Source: Eledone cirrhosa
Lineage: Eukaryota
Length of the DNA stretch: 64,000 bases
NCBI GenBank assembly: GCA_964016885.1
Contig: OZ024740.1
Coordinates: forward strand, 213,404,001-213,468,000
Direction of reading: 5' to 3'
A program made the translations under genes and the position numbers. The notes beneath the pieces are model-generated. The model had not been told where the DNA came from. It was given only the letters and a program-made list of their open reading frames with translations, and did not search any database. The first letter of the stretch is position 1; every line of letters starts with the position of its first letter. Of this stretch, positions 46,041-58,869 are shown one piece after another.

Positions 46041-46239
46041 CTGTGAAGAATATTAAAAAGTGAATACAAAAAAAAAAAAAAGAAAATGCCCTCACAAAAA
46101 AACATAAATAAAAAAACAGATCTTCATTGGTTTTAACTATATGTAATCTCAATTAATGAACTATATATATATATGAATACATACATACATACATACATAC
46201 ATACACACACATATACATACAGAGAGAGAAAGAGAGCCA

Positions 46240-47130
46240 TTAAAAGAAAAAGACAAGGCTGGAGAGACTGAAGGAACAGAGGGGACAGAAAGCAATAGAT
46301 GGTTAGAAGAGAGATCAGATGTCAAGTATATCTTGTGAAGGGAGAGTCAGAAAATAGAAGTTTACACATGTTCTGTGTTGTGAAGATGATAGGTGTGAAG
46401 TGTTCTAGAGAAAATTGTGATGTGGTTGAAGAAAAGCATGTCCAAAATGATAGTGGAGCACTCTTCCTGCATGATGCTGAAAAGAAAGAGGCATGGAAGA
46501 CTTACAATGAGTGGCTGATGAACAAGGAAAATAAATGGGATAGTGAGGGCCTACCTCATGCAGACCCAACCGAGGATGTAGCCATAAAAATTGACAGGAG
46601 TGTGATAGATAAAGCAATTAAAGACATGAAGGTAGGGAAGGTAGCTGGACCATCTGGTATAGTTGTTGAGATGCTAAAGGCATCTGGCATGGTAGGATAT
46701 GTGTTAGTCAGATGTATAGTTAATCACGTAGTACAGGATGGTGTTATATAATTAAGGAAAAACTCAAGTTAGATGAGATAGTGTTTGGATTTATGCCAGA
46801 TAGGGTTACTACTGATGCCCTTTCTGGTGAGACAACTACAGGAAAGCTACTTAGCTAAGAGTAAGCTACTGTATCTAGTATTTGTAGATCTGAAGAAGGC
46901 CTTTGACAAGGTCCCATGCTCTGTAATGTGGTTGGCACTTAGGAAGCTAGGTGTAGACAAATGGCTTGTGAGGGTTGTGCAGGCCATGTATAAAGGAACA
47001 ACCAACAAAGTGAGTTGATAATGAGTACAGTGATGAATTTGAAGTGCAAGTAAGGGTCCACCAGGGCTCACTCCTCAGTCCACTCCTGTTTATCAATGTC
47101 CTTCAGGTCATCACTGAAGAATTTAAATTA
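46240..47130 (+). mobile_element. Degraded RTE LINE RT fragment
   Basis: K.AGPSGI..EMLK, FVDLKKAFDKVP, VHQGSLLSPLLF. Confidence 0.85.
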
Positions 47131-47691
47131 TCGACAAACCATTTTTTCCAGTCTGTGATATTCAAGACGTTTGGAGGAGTTGGGCCACTGACAATGAAAA
47201 TTTTTGTCATTGTTGGTAGATTGTCTAACCAAGATATCAGGTGATGTCTGTGAGGGTGCTTGGTTGTTCCAGCGTCCTAGCCATGCCATCACCTGCGGTA
47301 ATGCTGCCAGTGTATTGGCTTGCCTCAAAAAGTATTAGAGAAAGGCTCCAAGCACCCTTGTGGTGTCTGACTGATTGACACACATTACTAAGTGTGGACT
47401 TGACATTTTCTTTCATTTTGATTCTATATTTTCATTTGAAATATTTATAATTAATTGAGATATGTGTGTGTATGTGTTAAATTTTGACAGCTATGGCATT
47501 TATGTTTGTAATTTCAGGCTATCTTTCTTTATACATGAACAACTATGTTGACAAACAAAACAAAAATTCCTCATAAAAAATGTAAATGAAGTCTAATTGG
47601 CATTTCATTTAAAAGCTTATGAAAATGTCATAATTTTAACATCAATTACCGTACATATTTGAATATAAGCCAAGAGATATGTGACCAGCCC

Positions 47692-47722
<31 letters not shown>

Positions 47723-48174
47723 TCGATGGTAAAATGGAGAGGTGGGGGTCAGTTTATATACACCATCTAAACAATATGTTGATTAGCTGCCTCTTCTTAT
47801 CCTTCTTGTCATATGACATATACACAATAATTAGAGAGGCAGGTCAACACTGGTGAGCCAGACTAAGGTGTCATTTGTAACATTATGGATTACCTCCAAT
47901 CACTGGGAAAATGTCTGAGGGAGTAACCCCGAACTGGCAACCTTCATGTGGTCCACCCTGTATGGAATCCATTCCAACTAATGCCATTGCTTGATATATA
48001 TGTACATTGCCTCTGCTTATAAACGGTGTTTGGATTTTTGTCCATTTCTCAGACATAAAATAGGAGGGGGGGGGGGTGCTTATATTTGAGTATATATGGT
48101 ATAGTGAGGGGTGACTTATATTTGAGTATAGTGGGGGGTGGCTTATATTTGAGTATATTTCAAGATATATTCAC

Positions 48175-48322
48175 CTTCTGTTCATGGATTATCTTATAGT
48201 TAGCTTCCAATTTATAGTATTTCATTCGCCATGAATCTTCATTCAAGTTCTCAGCATTCAGAAGATTGTTACTACTATTAGAATTAGTGAAGTCCCTCAG
48301 ATCAGCTTCAATACTCTCTGAA
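48175..48322 (-). CDS. RUNDC3: RUNDC3 exon (SESIEADL...EDSWRMKYYKLEANYKIIHEQK)
   Basis: cttcag acceptor, gtgaat donor, 148 nt, phase-compatible. Confidence 0.88.
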
Positions 48323-50710
48323 CTGAAGAGGAGAGGAAAGAAAAATAGATATGAATATCATAGATTGACACAAGACCAAGAATTTGAATAAAAGTATAGT
48401 GAATTATATCAACCCCAGTACTTGACTGCTACATTATTCTATGAACCCTGGAAGGATGAATGACAAAGTTAATTTGAATTCAGAATGGTATTTTGTCTGA
48501 CATTCAAACAATTCTGTCAATATTGAAATCATCACCACCATTTAACATCCATTTTCCATGCTAGCATGAATTAGACAAGTTGTCACTGTAAATGTGGTTG
48601 GTGTTAGGAAGGGCATCCAGCTGTAGAAAACCCGCCAGACAGTCCTATGCGAGCAAGACAATCACTCTTGCCTCAAGTGGGAAAACCCCCGTCCAAACCC
48701 ATGCAAGCGTGGAACACGGACGTTAAACGTTGATGATGATGATGATGATGTCACGTTGTGAGACATGTCAGATCAGGTGACCATGTCTTGCTATTATAGA
48801 ACTGTTTCTGGCTTGTTTTCTATGGCTGGATGCCCTTTCAACAAACCTAAGTAAACCAAGTATACATCAAAATGAGAAACAAGATATCATTCTTGCCATT
48901 TCACCAACAAAATTAAACTTATTTAATGTTTTGGTTAATTAGGTTATCCTTAATAGAATCAGTTGTTAGAGTAGCTTCAAATAATTCAAAATGGTAATAT
49001 ATACCCGATCATTATATATATAATAATTATTTCTACTTTTGGCACAAGGCCAGCAATTACCCAGTACATTACTGGTATTTTATTTTATCGACCCCATAAG
49101 GATGAAAGGCAAAGTTAACCTCGCCTTTCATCCTTACTGGGTCAATAAAATATATATAATAATGATAATATAAATCTAACCTTTGTTCACAAAACTCAGT
49201 GTTTATAGTTACAAAATGGTGTTTACATTTGCCACAGTTCTTCCCTCATATTTTATGCTGTTTAACCCATTAGCATTTAAACCGACTTTATCTGGCAAGA
49301 ATTCTTTCACCTCTTTCTGTTCAAACCGGCTGTAACTGGCTGCTCATACTTATGAGTGCAGTGTCTGAGACATGGAGACAGAGACAGGGAATGGGTGATG
49401 AGATGAAGAAAGATATATATGGTGGGTGGGCTTGTGTTGAAGTAGTATGCAAGAAGCTGGTTTTGAGGAGCATTAGTAAGAGTACAGTACAAGGATCATC
49501 TTTCTATTTTTATTCTCAGCTTTGATGAGAGAATTTTCAGTAAACTAGATCCATTCTGGCCCAGTTCTAAACCTCAAACATGACTAATAGCTAAAATGGG
49601 TTTAAACCTCAAACATGACCAATTAGCTAAAATGGTTTTAAACTGAAAAACAGAAGTTGAAATTAATATATATGACAAACAACATCATCATTGTTGTCGT
49701 CATTGTTCTCTGCTAGTAGGGGTTGGACAGGTCTACATAGACTAAGTCAGTACTGAAGTAGAGCTACTGACCTCCCAGACAGGCTAGGGAGTCTGTTATC
49801 TCGCATATGTATGGTCATATGTTCTACCGAGTGGACAGGAGAGGTTGTCATGCCTTTGACACAACTGAAGGTCTTTCCAACACTTTGTTTAGCAAGATTT
49901 CTACAGCTGGATGCCCTTCCTATCACCAACCACTTTACAGCTTATACTAGGTGTGTTTATCATGTAGATCACCAACACGTGGGAGGTTGTCATGTCTTTG
50001 ACACAACTGAAAGGTCCTCCCAACCTTTTGTTGTGTGTTGTGAGTAAAAGGGTAGGTACCAAGAAGGTCATCTGGCAGTAAAACATTGCTTCAGAAAGTT
50101 CTGTCCAGCCCATGCCAGCATAGAAAAGACGATGTAAAAAAAAACATGATGATGATGTTAAAGCAAAATTATTTCTAATTTTTACTTAATTTTTGTAAAA
50201 TATTTCCTTTCAAGAACTTTCTCCTAATTTAAACACATTATTTTGTATAGGGCAGGGGATTGGCAGTATCAGTAGAGGGTCGGACGCCATGCTTTCCAGC
50301 ATAGTTACGTCCCTTTATGGTCTGAGTTCAAATCCTGCCGAGGTTAACTTTGCCTTTCATCCTTACGGGGGTCGATAAAATAAAGTACCAGTAATGCACT
50401 GGGTTATTGCTGGCCTTGTGCCAAAAGTAGAAACAATTATTTTGTATAATATGGAAAGAGATAGAAGGTTAAACAATGCAAAATGGACTGTAAGATGAGG
50501 TAATGTAAAAGTAAGTTACTTGTTAATTATATATCATATACAATGCTTCAAGGAAACTACAATTTATTACATTATTTTGTGTTATTTTTTCTGGGTAAGT
50601 GCATGAATGGGTTAGACCAGTGATTCCCAATGTGGGGTGCACGCTCCAGGGGGCCAATTTGAAAATGATGTTAATGAGAACAAATATCAGGTTTTACTTT
50701 ATTACTTTTA

Positions 50711-51885
50711 CCCCAAGGTAACTTTGGTACACATTACTGTCAGAAACTCCTGTTTCACCCCCCCCCCCCCCCCCCCCCACATGTTATTGTACATCTGACA
50801 CAACCTACACCAAGGTAACTTTGGTACACATTACTGTCAGAAACTCCTGTTTCACCTCCTCCACATGTTATTGTACATCTGACACAACCTACACCAAGGT
50901 AACTTTGGTACACATTACTGTCAGAAACTCCTGTCTCACCTCCTCCACATGTTATTGTACATCTGACACAACCTACACCAAGGTAACTTTGGTACATATT
51001 ACTGTCAGAAACTCCTGTCTCACCTCCTCCACATGTTATTGTACATCTGACACAACCTACACCAAGGTAACTTTGGTACACATTACTGTCAGAAACTCCT
51101 GTCTCACCTCCTCCACATGTTATTGTGTATCTGACACAACCTACACCAAGGTAACTTTGGTACACATTACTGTCAGAAACTCCTGTCTCACCTCCTCCAC
51201 ATGTTATTGTACATCTGACACAACCTACACCAAGGTAACTTTGGTACACATTACTGTCAGAAACTCCTGTCTCACCTCCTCCACATGTTATTGTGTATCT
51301 GACACAACCTACACCAAGGTAACTTTGGTACACATTACTGTCAGAAACTCCTGTCTCACCTCCTCCACATATTATTGTACATCTGACACAACCTACACCA
51401 AGGTAACTTTGGTACACATTACTGTCAGAAACTCCTGTCTCACCTCCTCCACATGTTATTGTGTATCTGACACAACCTACACCAAGGTAACTTTGGTACA
51501 CATTACTGTCAGAAACTCCTGTCTCACCTCCTCCACATATTATTGTACATCTGACAAAACCTACACCAAGGTAACTTTGGTACACATTACTGTCAGAAAC
51601 TCCTGTCTCACCTCCTCCACATGTTATTGTACATCTGACACAACCTACACCAAGGTAACTTTGGTACACATTACTGTCAGAAACTCCTGTCTCACCTCCT
51701 CCACATGTTATTGTGTATCTGACACAACCTACACCAAGGTAACTTTGGTACACATTACTGTCAGAAACTCCTGTCTCACCTCCTCCACATGTTATTGTAC
51801 ATCTGACACAACCTACACCAAGGTAACTTTGGTACACATTACTGTCAGAAACTCCTGTCTCACCTCCTCCACATGTTATTGTGCA
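50711..51885. repeat. 84-bp minisatellite, about 14 copies
   Basis: CCAAGGTAACTTTGG... recurs every 84 bp (50810, 50894, ...). Confidence 0.95.
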
Positions 51886-52333
51886 TCCAGCATCACATAT
51901 ACACCAATTTGTACAAAATTGAGCACAAAACTCAATTTGTTTTCTTATCAAAGGAGGGAATATTTTAGATGCTGGAACGAGGCATGATGAAGGCACGTGG
52001 CTTAGTGGTTAGAGTATTGGATTCGCAATCGTGAAGTTGCAAGTTCGATTCCCTGACCAGGCAATGCATTATGTCATTGAGCAAGACACTTTATTTTTAT
52101 TTCACGTTGATCCTTCTGCCAGGAGTTGTGACTGGTGGATAGTATTAGCAATGGAAAGACCAATGGAAACATTGTTTCCTTGGTCTGATTTGACGAGTTC
52201 CACCTCACTCAGTAAGCAAATGAGTTCTGAGAACTTGTCGATTGATCTAGAAAAAAAATGGTACAGAAAAGGTTTGGAATGACTGGGTTAGACACTATCA
52301 ACAAGATAAATAACAATAAAAATATTATTTTAC

Positions 52334-52414
52334 CTAGAAAAATATTGTAAATATGGAGTGTAGTCAACAGCAATTGGACCAAGTAATTCAATGTTCTCTC
52401 CTTTCAAACAAAAG
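52334..52414 (-). CDS. RUNDC3: RUNDC3 exon (FCLKGENIELLGPIAVDYTPYLQY)
   Basis: tttcag acceptor, gtaaat donor, 81 nt; FCLKGE...DYTPYL conserved after the RUN domain. Confidence 0.93.
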
Positions 52415-53846
52415 CTGAAAATATAAAAAATATTTTCTCATGTTTGAGATTTAATGAGGAATTACCTGAAATATATTACATTCAAAAGATAAATAAGCTT
52501 CTTTTTTTTAAAAAAAACTCTTACATATAAATATGAATTTCCTCCAGTTAACTTTTCGTGAATAGACCCTTATCCCACAACCTGCTGAAAAAAGGGCTTA
52601 CTTTATATACTTGAATATAAGTCGGAGAATATGTGACTAAAAAAAAATCTTTTTTAATCAATGGTAAAATGGGAGGTTGGCTTGTATACACCATCTAAAC
52701 AATGTGTTAGCTGCCTTGGTTTATAAACTGAGTTTGGATTTTTGGCCTTATTCTCAGACATAAAATAGGGAAGCGGGTCAGTTTATATTCATATTGGCAT
52801 ATTTGCTAATCTATTTCCAGCAAAATTTTATTTTAAGTGGTAGCATTCCTGCAATAATTAATTTTCTTTAGACATTAGAAAACATTATACATGACAAAAA
52901 AGTACATTACAAGAAATCTCATACGTTATAAAATAAATAGGATGGATTGGAGGTCTCAATATGTAATCTAAACGACTAATTCTGGTTTTTAAAATAACCA
53001 ACCAATGGAGACAAACTAGAAAAATTATCTATTACCCCTCCACCATTATTTGGGATCCAAGAGTACCTATATTTTACATGGTGTACATCATATAACATTC
53101 CTACTTACTCTATTTCTACATATTGAACATGGTTAATTGGAAAATATATTGGTTTATTTTCGTAACTCATGTTTCTTTTTATGTTTAACCCTTTAGCATT
53201 TAAACCGGCTGTATCCAGCCAGTATTCTCTCACCTCTTTCTGTTCAAACTGGCTGTAACTGGCAACTCATACTGATGTTAACGTATTGTTCTCAAAATAA
53301 ATAATATCAAAATCTCATAGATTCGATATTATGTGAGATATTATGTGAGGTAAAGCTTTAACCGTGAAAATATAATAGTAAATATAGAGTAAATACTAAA
53401 GGGTTACTATAGTATATATAGAGTAATGTAAATGCTAAAGGGTTCCAATAGTAAATATAGAGTAATGTAAATATTAAAGGGTTACAATAGTAAATATAGA
53501 GTAATGTAAATAGTAAAGGGTTACAATAGTAAATGTAAATAGTAAAAGGTTCCTATAGTATATATAATGTAAATATTAAAAGGTTACTATAGTAAAAATA
53601 GAGTAATGTAAATGGTAAATGTTTAACCGTTTAATGTTCAAACCGGCGAAAACCGGCCAAAATTCTCCACCACTCTCTGTTGAAACTGGCTGTAACTGGT
53701 CGTTCAAACTGATGTTAAGGTATTGTTCTCAAAATAAATACTCTCAAAATCTCATAGATTCGATATTATGTGAGATATTATGTGAGGTAAAGCCTTTACC
53801 ATGAAAATATAATAGTATATATAGAGTAATGTGAATGTAAACAAAC

Positions 53847-53936
53847 CTGAAGTCAATAGCATTCATTCCAAGTAAGGTATCACACAGCATTTTTGCATCA
53901 TCAGACAACATTACAGCACCTTCTTGATAGAAGTTC
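53847..53936 (-). CDS. RUNDC3: RUNDC3 RUN-domain exon (NFYQEGAVMLSDDAKMLCDTLLGMNAIDFS)
   Basis: tttcag acceptor, gtttgt donor, 90 nt; FY..GA.ML...L.G..AIDF. Confidence 0.93.
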
Positions 53937-54449
53937 CTGAAAAACATAGAGATCAATTAATAAGCTGGAATTTCAACAGACATTATTATAGGTATGTATG
54001 TATGTATGTATGTATAGAACAATGAAAACAAAAGTCAGAGACTTCTGGTATCCTTGGCTACTCTAGGACCACCTCCCTGCTCACCACCATCGGCATGGAG
54101 TTGGCTACCCACAGGTGTGAGTCTCACGAGCTGGAATGGCTCTTCCAACACATCTCCCTTCCCATCCTCTGGGGAAACGTCTTCTCTATTCTGTCCGCCG
54201 GGCTTGCGGGAACCCCATTTGCTTATAATAGTGAGAGATGTGGAGAGCGAGAGAGACGGAGGCAGTGAGTGAAAGAGAGAACAACAACACTTATTTATTT
54301 GTCCTTACCACATTAATTTTGTAAGATAATGTAGTTCAAAAGTCAGAGACAAGTAAGAGGGTTGATTGATCATGGAAGATTGATATATTATAAGCACTAT
54401 ATTATAAGAAATTAAAGAATAGATCAACAGTAAATTCTCTCCTGTACAC

Positions 54450-54660
54450 CATCTTAGATTCTCCTTAAGCCCAGGTTTTTCCTCAGCTCATCCAATCTTT
54501 GCTTTTCTCTCACATTTACAGTACACATCCAATGAAACATGGTTGCTTTATTTCTCTCTAGTCTACACATGTCCTCTGCAGTCACAACCCATGTTTCACT
54601 ACCATGCAGCATCACATACTGCACACAGGTGTCATACAGCCTTCCTTTTGTATATAAGGA
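54450..54660 (-). mobile_element. RTE LINE fragment
   Basis: KGRLYDTCV...MLHGSETW...RLERN. Confidence 0.8.
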
Positions 54661-55076
54661 TGATTCTGAATTAAAATCACTTTGAGACAAACTCAGCCCC
54701 ACAGTTACAATAAATACTAATTAATAAAGGTATAATAGTGTAGATTGTATTGTCTGATGGACTGCTCTTTAACAATCATTAATATCAAATGAAAATAATA
54801 TAAAAAATAGAATTAATACATGTAATAAATCAATAAAGATTGCAGCTGAAAATCAGAAAATTTTGTAACAAAGAAAAATTATAAATAACAAAATGTAGTT
54901 TGCTTGAAGCATTGTATATAATATATAACGTTGAAAGAGATAGAAGGCTAAACAATGCCAAACAAAGATTACCAGGTAACTTACTTTTCGTTACCTTATC
55001 TTACAGTCCATTTTGCATTGTTTAGCCTTCTATCTCTTCTAACGTTTTATAAACAATTTTCTTGTACAAAACTTAC

Positions 55077-55162
55077 TTTGTTATCCTAGTTTGTTTCAGA
55101 GCTTCTGATAAGTATTCTGAGAGTCTTTTTTCCATTAATACAACTCTCAACCAAGCTTGTCC
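55077..55162 (-). CDS. RUNDC3: RUNDC3 RUN-domain exon (GQAWLRVVLMEKRLSEYLSEAL)
   Basis: accag acceptor, gtaagt donor, 86 nt; RUN motif G.AW.R..LMEK.L..Y. Confidence 0.95.
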
Positions 55163-56294
55163 CTGGTAAAGTAGGAATGTTAAAGTTGAATTAGTATAAT
55201 GTACAACATTTTGAAGGATTTGAAATAAGGGTTCAATAAAGTTCATGAGTGTAAAGTAAAACCTAAACTATTCAGCCCTGACTGTTGCTATAATTATCCG
55301 CGAGGTGAAGTGGCTGTTACTGGCCATTGTCCCCAGAAATACTTTTGCAGTCTTTTCCGTGGGTCTTTCTTCTGTGGCCCTAGAGTCCTTGCTTTCCCCT
55401 CCTTTTCCTTTCATTTATGGTTTTCCCAGTCCTTTCCTCTACTTTCCCACAAAGCCTGATCTGCCCTTCTTTAAACCTTCCCCAATTTCTCATTACCTAA
55501 TTTTGTTTTTATCTTTCTTTTTCATATTTATGTAATCATCAATGGTTTTTATAAACATAACTGTATTCTATATGACCGTATATACTACAATATAAACTTA
55601 TCGAATATAACCCCCCCCCCCCCCTCCCCCCCAATTTATATTTGAGAAATGAGCAAAAATCCAAACCCCATTTATAAACCAAGGCAGCTAATCAACACAT
55701 TGTTTAGATGGTGTATATAAACCAACCTCCCATTTTACCCTAGCCATAGGTCACATATTCCTCACCTTATATTTAAATATATACGGTAAATAATTTTAAT
55801 AACTGTAATTTGAAAGAATTAATTAACATATCATTTGATAAGAAACTAGTTTGAATTCATACAAAAAATCCTAATAAATATAACTTGGAAGTTATGTCAT
55901 AGCTTTTACACAATATATAATAGTTGAAGAAAAATAATGTTACACCGATGTCATGATAATGATGGTGGTAGTGGTGGTGGTGGTGGTGGTGGTGATGGTG
56001 GTAGTGGTGGTGATGATGGTAGTGATGGTGATGATGAAGGTGATGGTGATGATGATTACAACATGTCTGTCCTTTTGTTTAAAAAACTCAAAAGAAAAAA
56101 AGGGGGCTGCACTTATGAGTGACATCACAATGGCCTCAAAATGATACTAAATATCTGTTTTTCTATATGTAATAATCTCTGTCAACTGATCAGGCAGTCT
56201 GGAGTAGGCTATATTATTTTGATGAGGTTTAATAAACTGAATAATGTCTATAGTTGTCTCCCTTACCTGAAAGTCAAAATTTCTGTCTCTAGAG

Positions 56295-56838
56295 TAGTGG
56301 TCGCCAACCTTTCGGACCTCATGGACCACTAAATTCATGATTTAAAATCCCACGGACCACTAATATGAATTTTTTTAAAAAGATAAATACATTTATAAAA
56401 TAATTGTTTCTACTTTTGGCATAAGGCCAGCAATTATCCCAGTGTATTACTGGTACTTTATTTTATCACCCCCGTAAGGATGAAAGGCAAAGATAACCTC
56501 AGCGGGATTTGAACTCAGACCATAAAGGGCTGTAACTCTTTGCTGCAAAGCATGGCGTCCGACCCTTTTCCGATACTGCCAATCCAATGATCAGAGAACT
56601 TCCATTTTATTAAACAATACTGAAGCATACGTGCGTCATATTGTCGATAGATGATACATATGTGTAACATTCTTTCCGTGTAAAGTTCTTTACCGAGGAG
56701 AAACATTTTTTAGGGATGTTAAATATATTTTAACCAAATATTATTTTTGTTTTACTATTAATAAAACATAAAAATTGCAATGTCCAAATTTTTCTGCAAA
56801 CCACCAGTTGTCCGCAGATCACCAGTTGGCGACCGCTG
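56295..56838. mobile_element. hAT-type MITE with a nested SINE
   Basis: TIRs TAGTGGTCGCCAAC / GTTGGCGACCGCTG; 8-bp TSD CTCTAGAG / CCCTAGAG. Confidence 0.82.
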
Positions 56839-57054
56839 CCCTAGAGCATGTAAATTGACTTTGAGAGATTAATTCCAAATTTTGTGAAATTATTTTTTTT
56901 TCTCCTAAAAAGAAATTTCAATTAATTTTTTTGTTTTTGTATGACATTCAGTACATCATTTCATTACTTGTTAATCCTAATTCAGGCTATTGTCACATTT
57001 GAGTTATTTCCCTTAGTTCTTTATAAGATAATTAAATACTATGAAACTACTTAC

Positions 57055-57188
57055 TTTTGCATGAGGAGACCGAATATTTTCAATTGTATTAATACTCTCA
57101 ATACAGTTATGTGCGACACCTTGACAAGCAACTCGAATATAATCCCAAAATGGTCTTGTTCCTTCAGATCCATACCAGGTCTTGTGTG
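57055..57188 (-). CDS. RUNDC3: RUNDC3 RUN-domain exon (HKTWYGSEGTRPFWDYIRVAC...NCIESI...AK)
   Basis: ttcag acceptor, gtaagt donor, 134 nt; FWDYIRVAC is characteristic of RUNDC3. Confidence 0.95.
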
Positions 57189-57254
57189 CTGAATTGAAAT
57201 AAAATATTTACATTTTTTTTATTTATTTGTAATAGCAAAAGAAAAAAACAAAAT

Positions 57255-57757
57255 CTTCTTCTCCTCCTCCATCTTCTTGTCTCCCTTAATCCTGGGAGGC
57301 TCATGGAGGCAGAGTTCTCAAACCCTTTCCAGCGGGTTCTATCAGAAACAAACATCTCCAAACTGATCTGGCTGGATCCCTAAGCAAAACCAGCCAAGCT
57401 CACGGATGTTATCCAACCATCTTGCTCGGGGTCTACCTATGGGTCTCCTGGTGATTGGTTTTGCCTGTAAAATCTGTCCAGTGATTCTTTCCTGAGACTT
57501 TCTAACCACATGTCCATAGTATCGGAGCTGTGATCTCTCAATTCAGAGAAATAGCAGCTCTACCTGGAGTGACTCTTTGATCTCCGAGCTACGTACTCTA
57601 TCGAGTAATGTTACTCCAAACTCTCTTCAAAGGAACTCTATTTCGGCCGCTTGTATTCGCGATCGTAATCTTTCGGTCATTATCCAAGATTCATGACCCT
57701 AGGTAAGGGTTGGCACGATTACTGAATAGAAGATAGCGAGTTTGGCTTTTACACCTA
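57255..57757 (-). mobile_element. RTE LINE family C 3' fragment
   Basis: Reverse complement aligns with about 35620-36150. Confidence 0.78.
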
Positions 57758-58394
57758 CTCTTGGGTCACAAATAATAGGAGAAGTTGGAATAAGCGAGAA
57801 AGCTGGAAAATTGGTAATTTTTCTAGGTCGTCTCCCTTGATTTAAAAAAAAAACAGAATTAGTCATTTAGTTTACATATTGAGACCCCAACTCATCCTAT
57901 TTATTTTATAATAAATGAGATTTCTTTCTATTTATTTTATAATAAATGGGATTTCTTGTAATGATCTTTTTTGTCATGTATAATGTGTTTTAATTGTTGC
58001 AGGAATGCTACCACTTAAAATAATATTTCGCTGAAGATAGATTAGCAAAATTTAATAAGCTGGGGGGGTATTTGAAACCCAGGAGTATTTCCCTTCTTCT
58101 GATGACCAAATTGAAGATAGCGAGTTTGGCTTTTACACCTAGAGTTTGGCTTTTTTCTTCTGATGATGATGATCAAATGAAGCTTGATTATTTCAACAAA
58201 ATAAATTAAGAACATTAGACTGTTATTAAGGTGTTGAAGTTAGAGCAGTTTAAATTGGGGAATTTTGCTTGAGCAGCAGAGCAAGAAAAATTCAAAGCGG
58301 ATCATCTACATTTCTATATCCACTTTTCCAGGCAGAGATCAGTTGGAAAATTAGTTCATATCATGTGATTTTCGATTTTATATCAATGTCAGAG

Positions 58395-58762
58395 TATGCA
58401 TGTCTGTGTTTGTGTGTGTGTGCATGTCTGTGGGTGTGTGTGCATGTCTGTGGGTGTATGTGTATGTCTGTATGTGTGTATGTCAGTGTGTGTGTGTATA
58501 TGTCAGTGTGTATGTCTGTGTGTGTGTGTGTATATGTCAGTGTGTATGTCTGTGTGTGTGTGTGTATATGTCAGTGTCTGCGTGTACGTCATGTGTATGT
58601 CAGTGTGTGTATAACTGTGTCCGTGTATGTCTGTATGTCAGTGTCTGTGTATGTCAGTGTGTGTATATGTTTTTATGTCAGTGTATGTGTATGTCAGTTT
58701 ATATGTCTGTATGTCAGTGTATGTTAGTATGTGTATGTGTATGTCTGTATATGTCAGTGGAT
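58395..58762. repeat. Degenerate (TG)n/(TATGTCAG) microsatellite
   Basis: Direct inspection. Confidence 0.85.
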
Positions 58763-58869
58763 ATGTGACAAGAGCAAATGACATTCTTACACAGACTAAT
58801 TTAATAAATTGTCTTTTATATTTGATGAATTGCATGTCATAGAAAGTGGCTAAAAGATAGCATGAGAGG

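Noticed and set aside
50755-51996. 413-aa and 388-aa Cys/Thr-rich repeat ORFs
   Set aside because: 84-bp intronic minisatellite open on both strands, with nearly identical units and no coding-type variation
52525-52584. AG...GTAAG-bounded segment as an extra RUNDC3 exon
   Set aside because: In-frame TAA in the required phase; the flanking exons already join in frame
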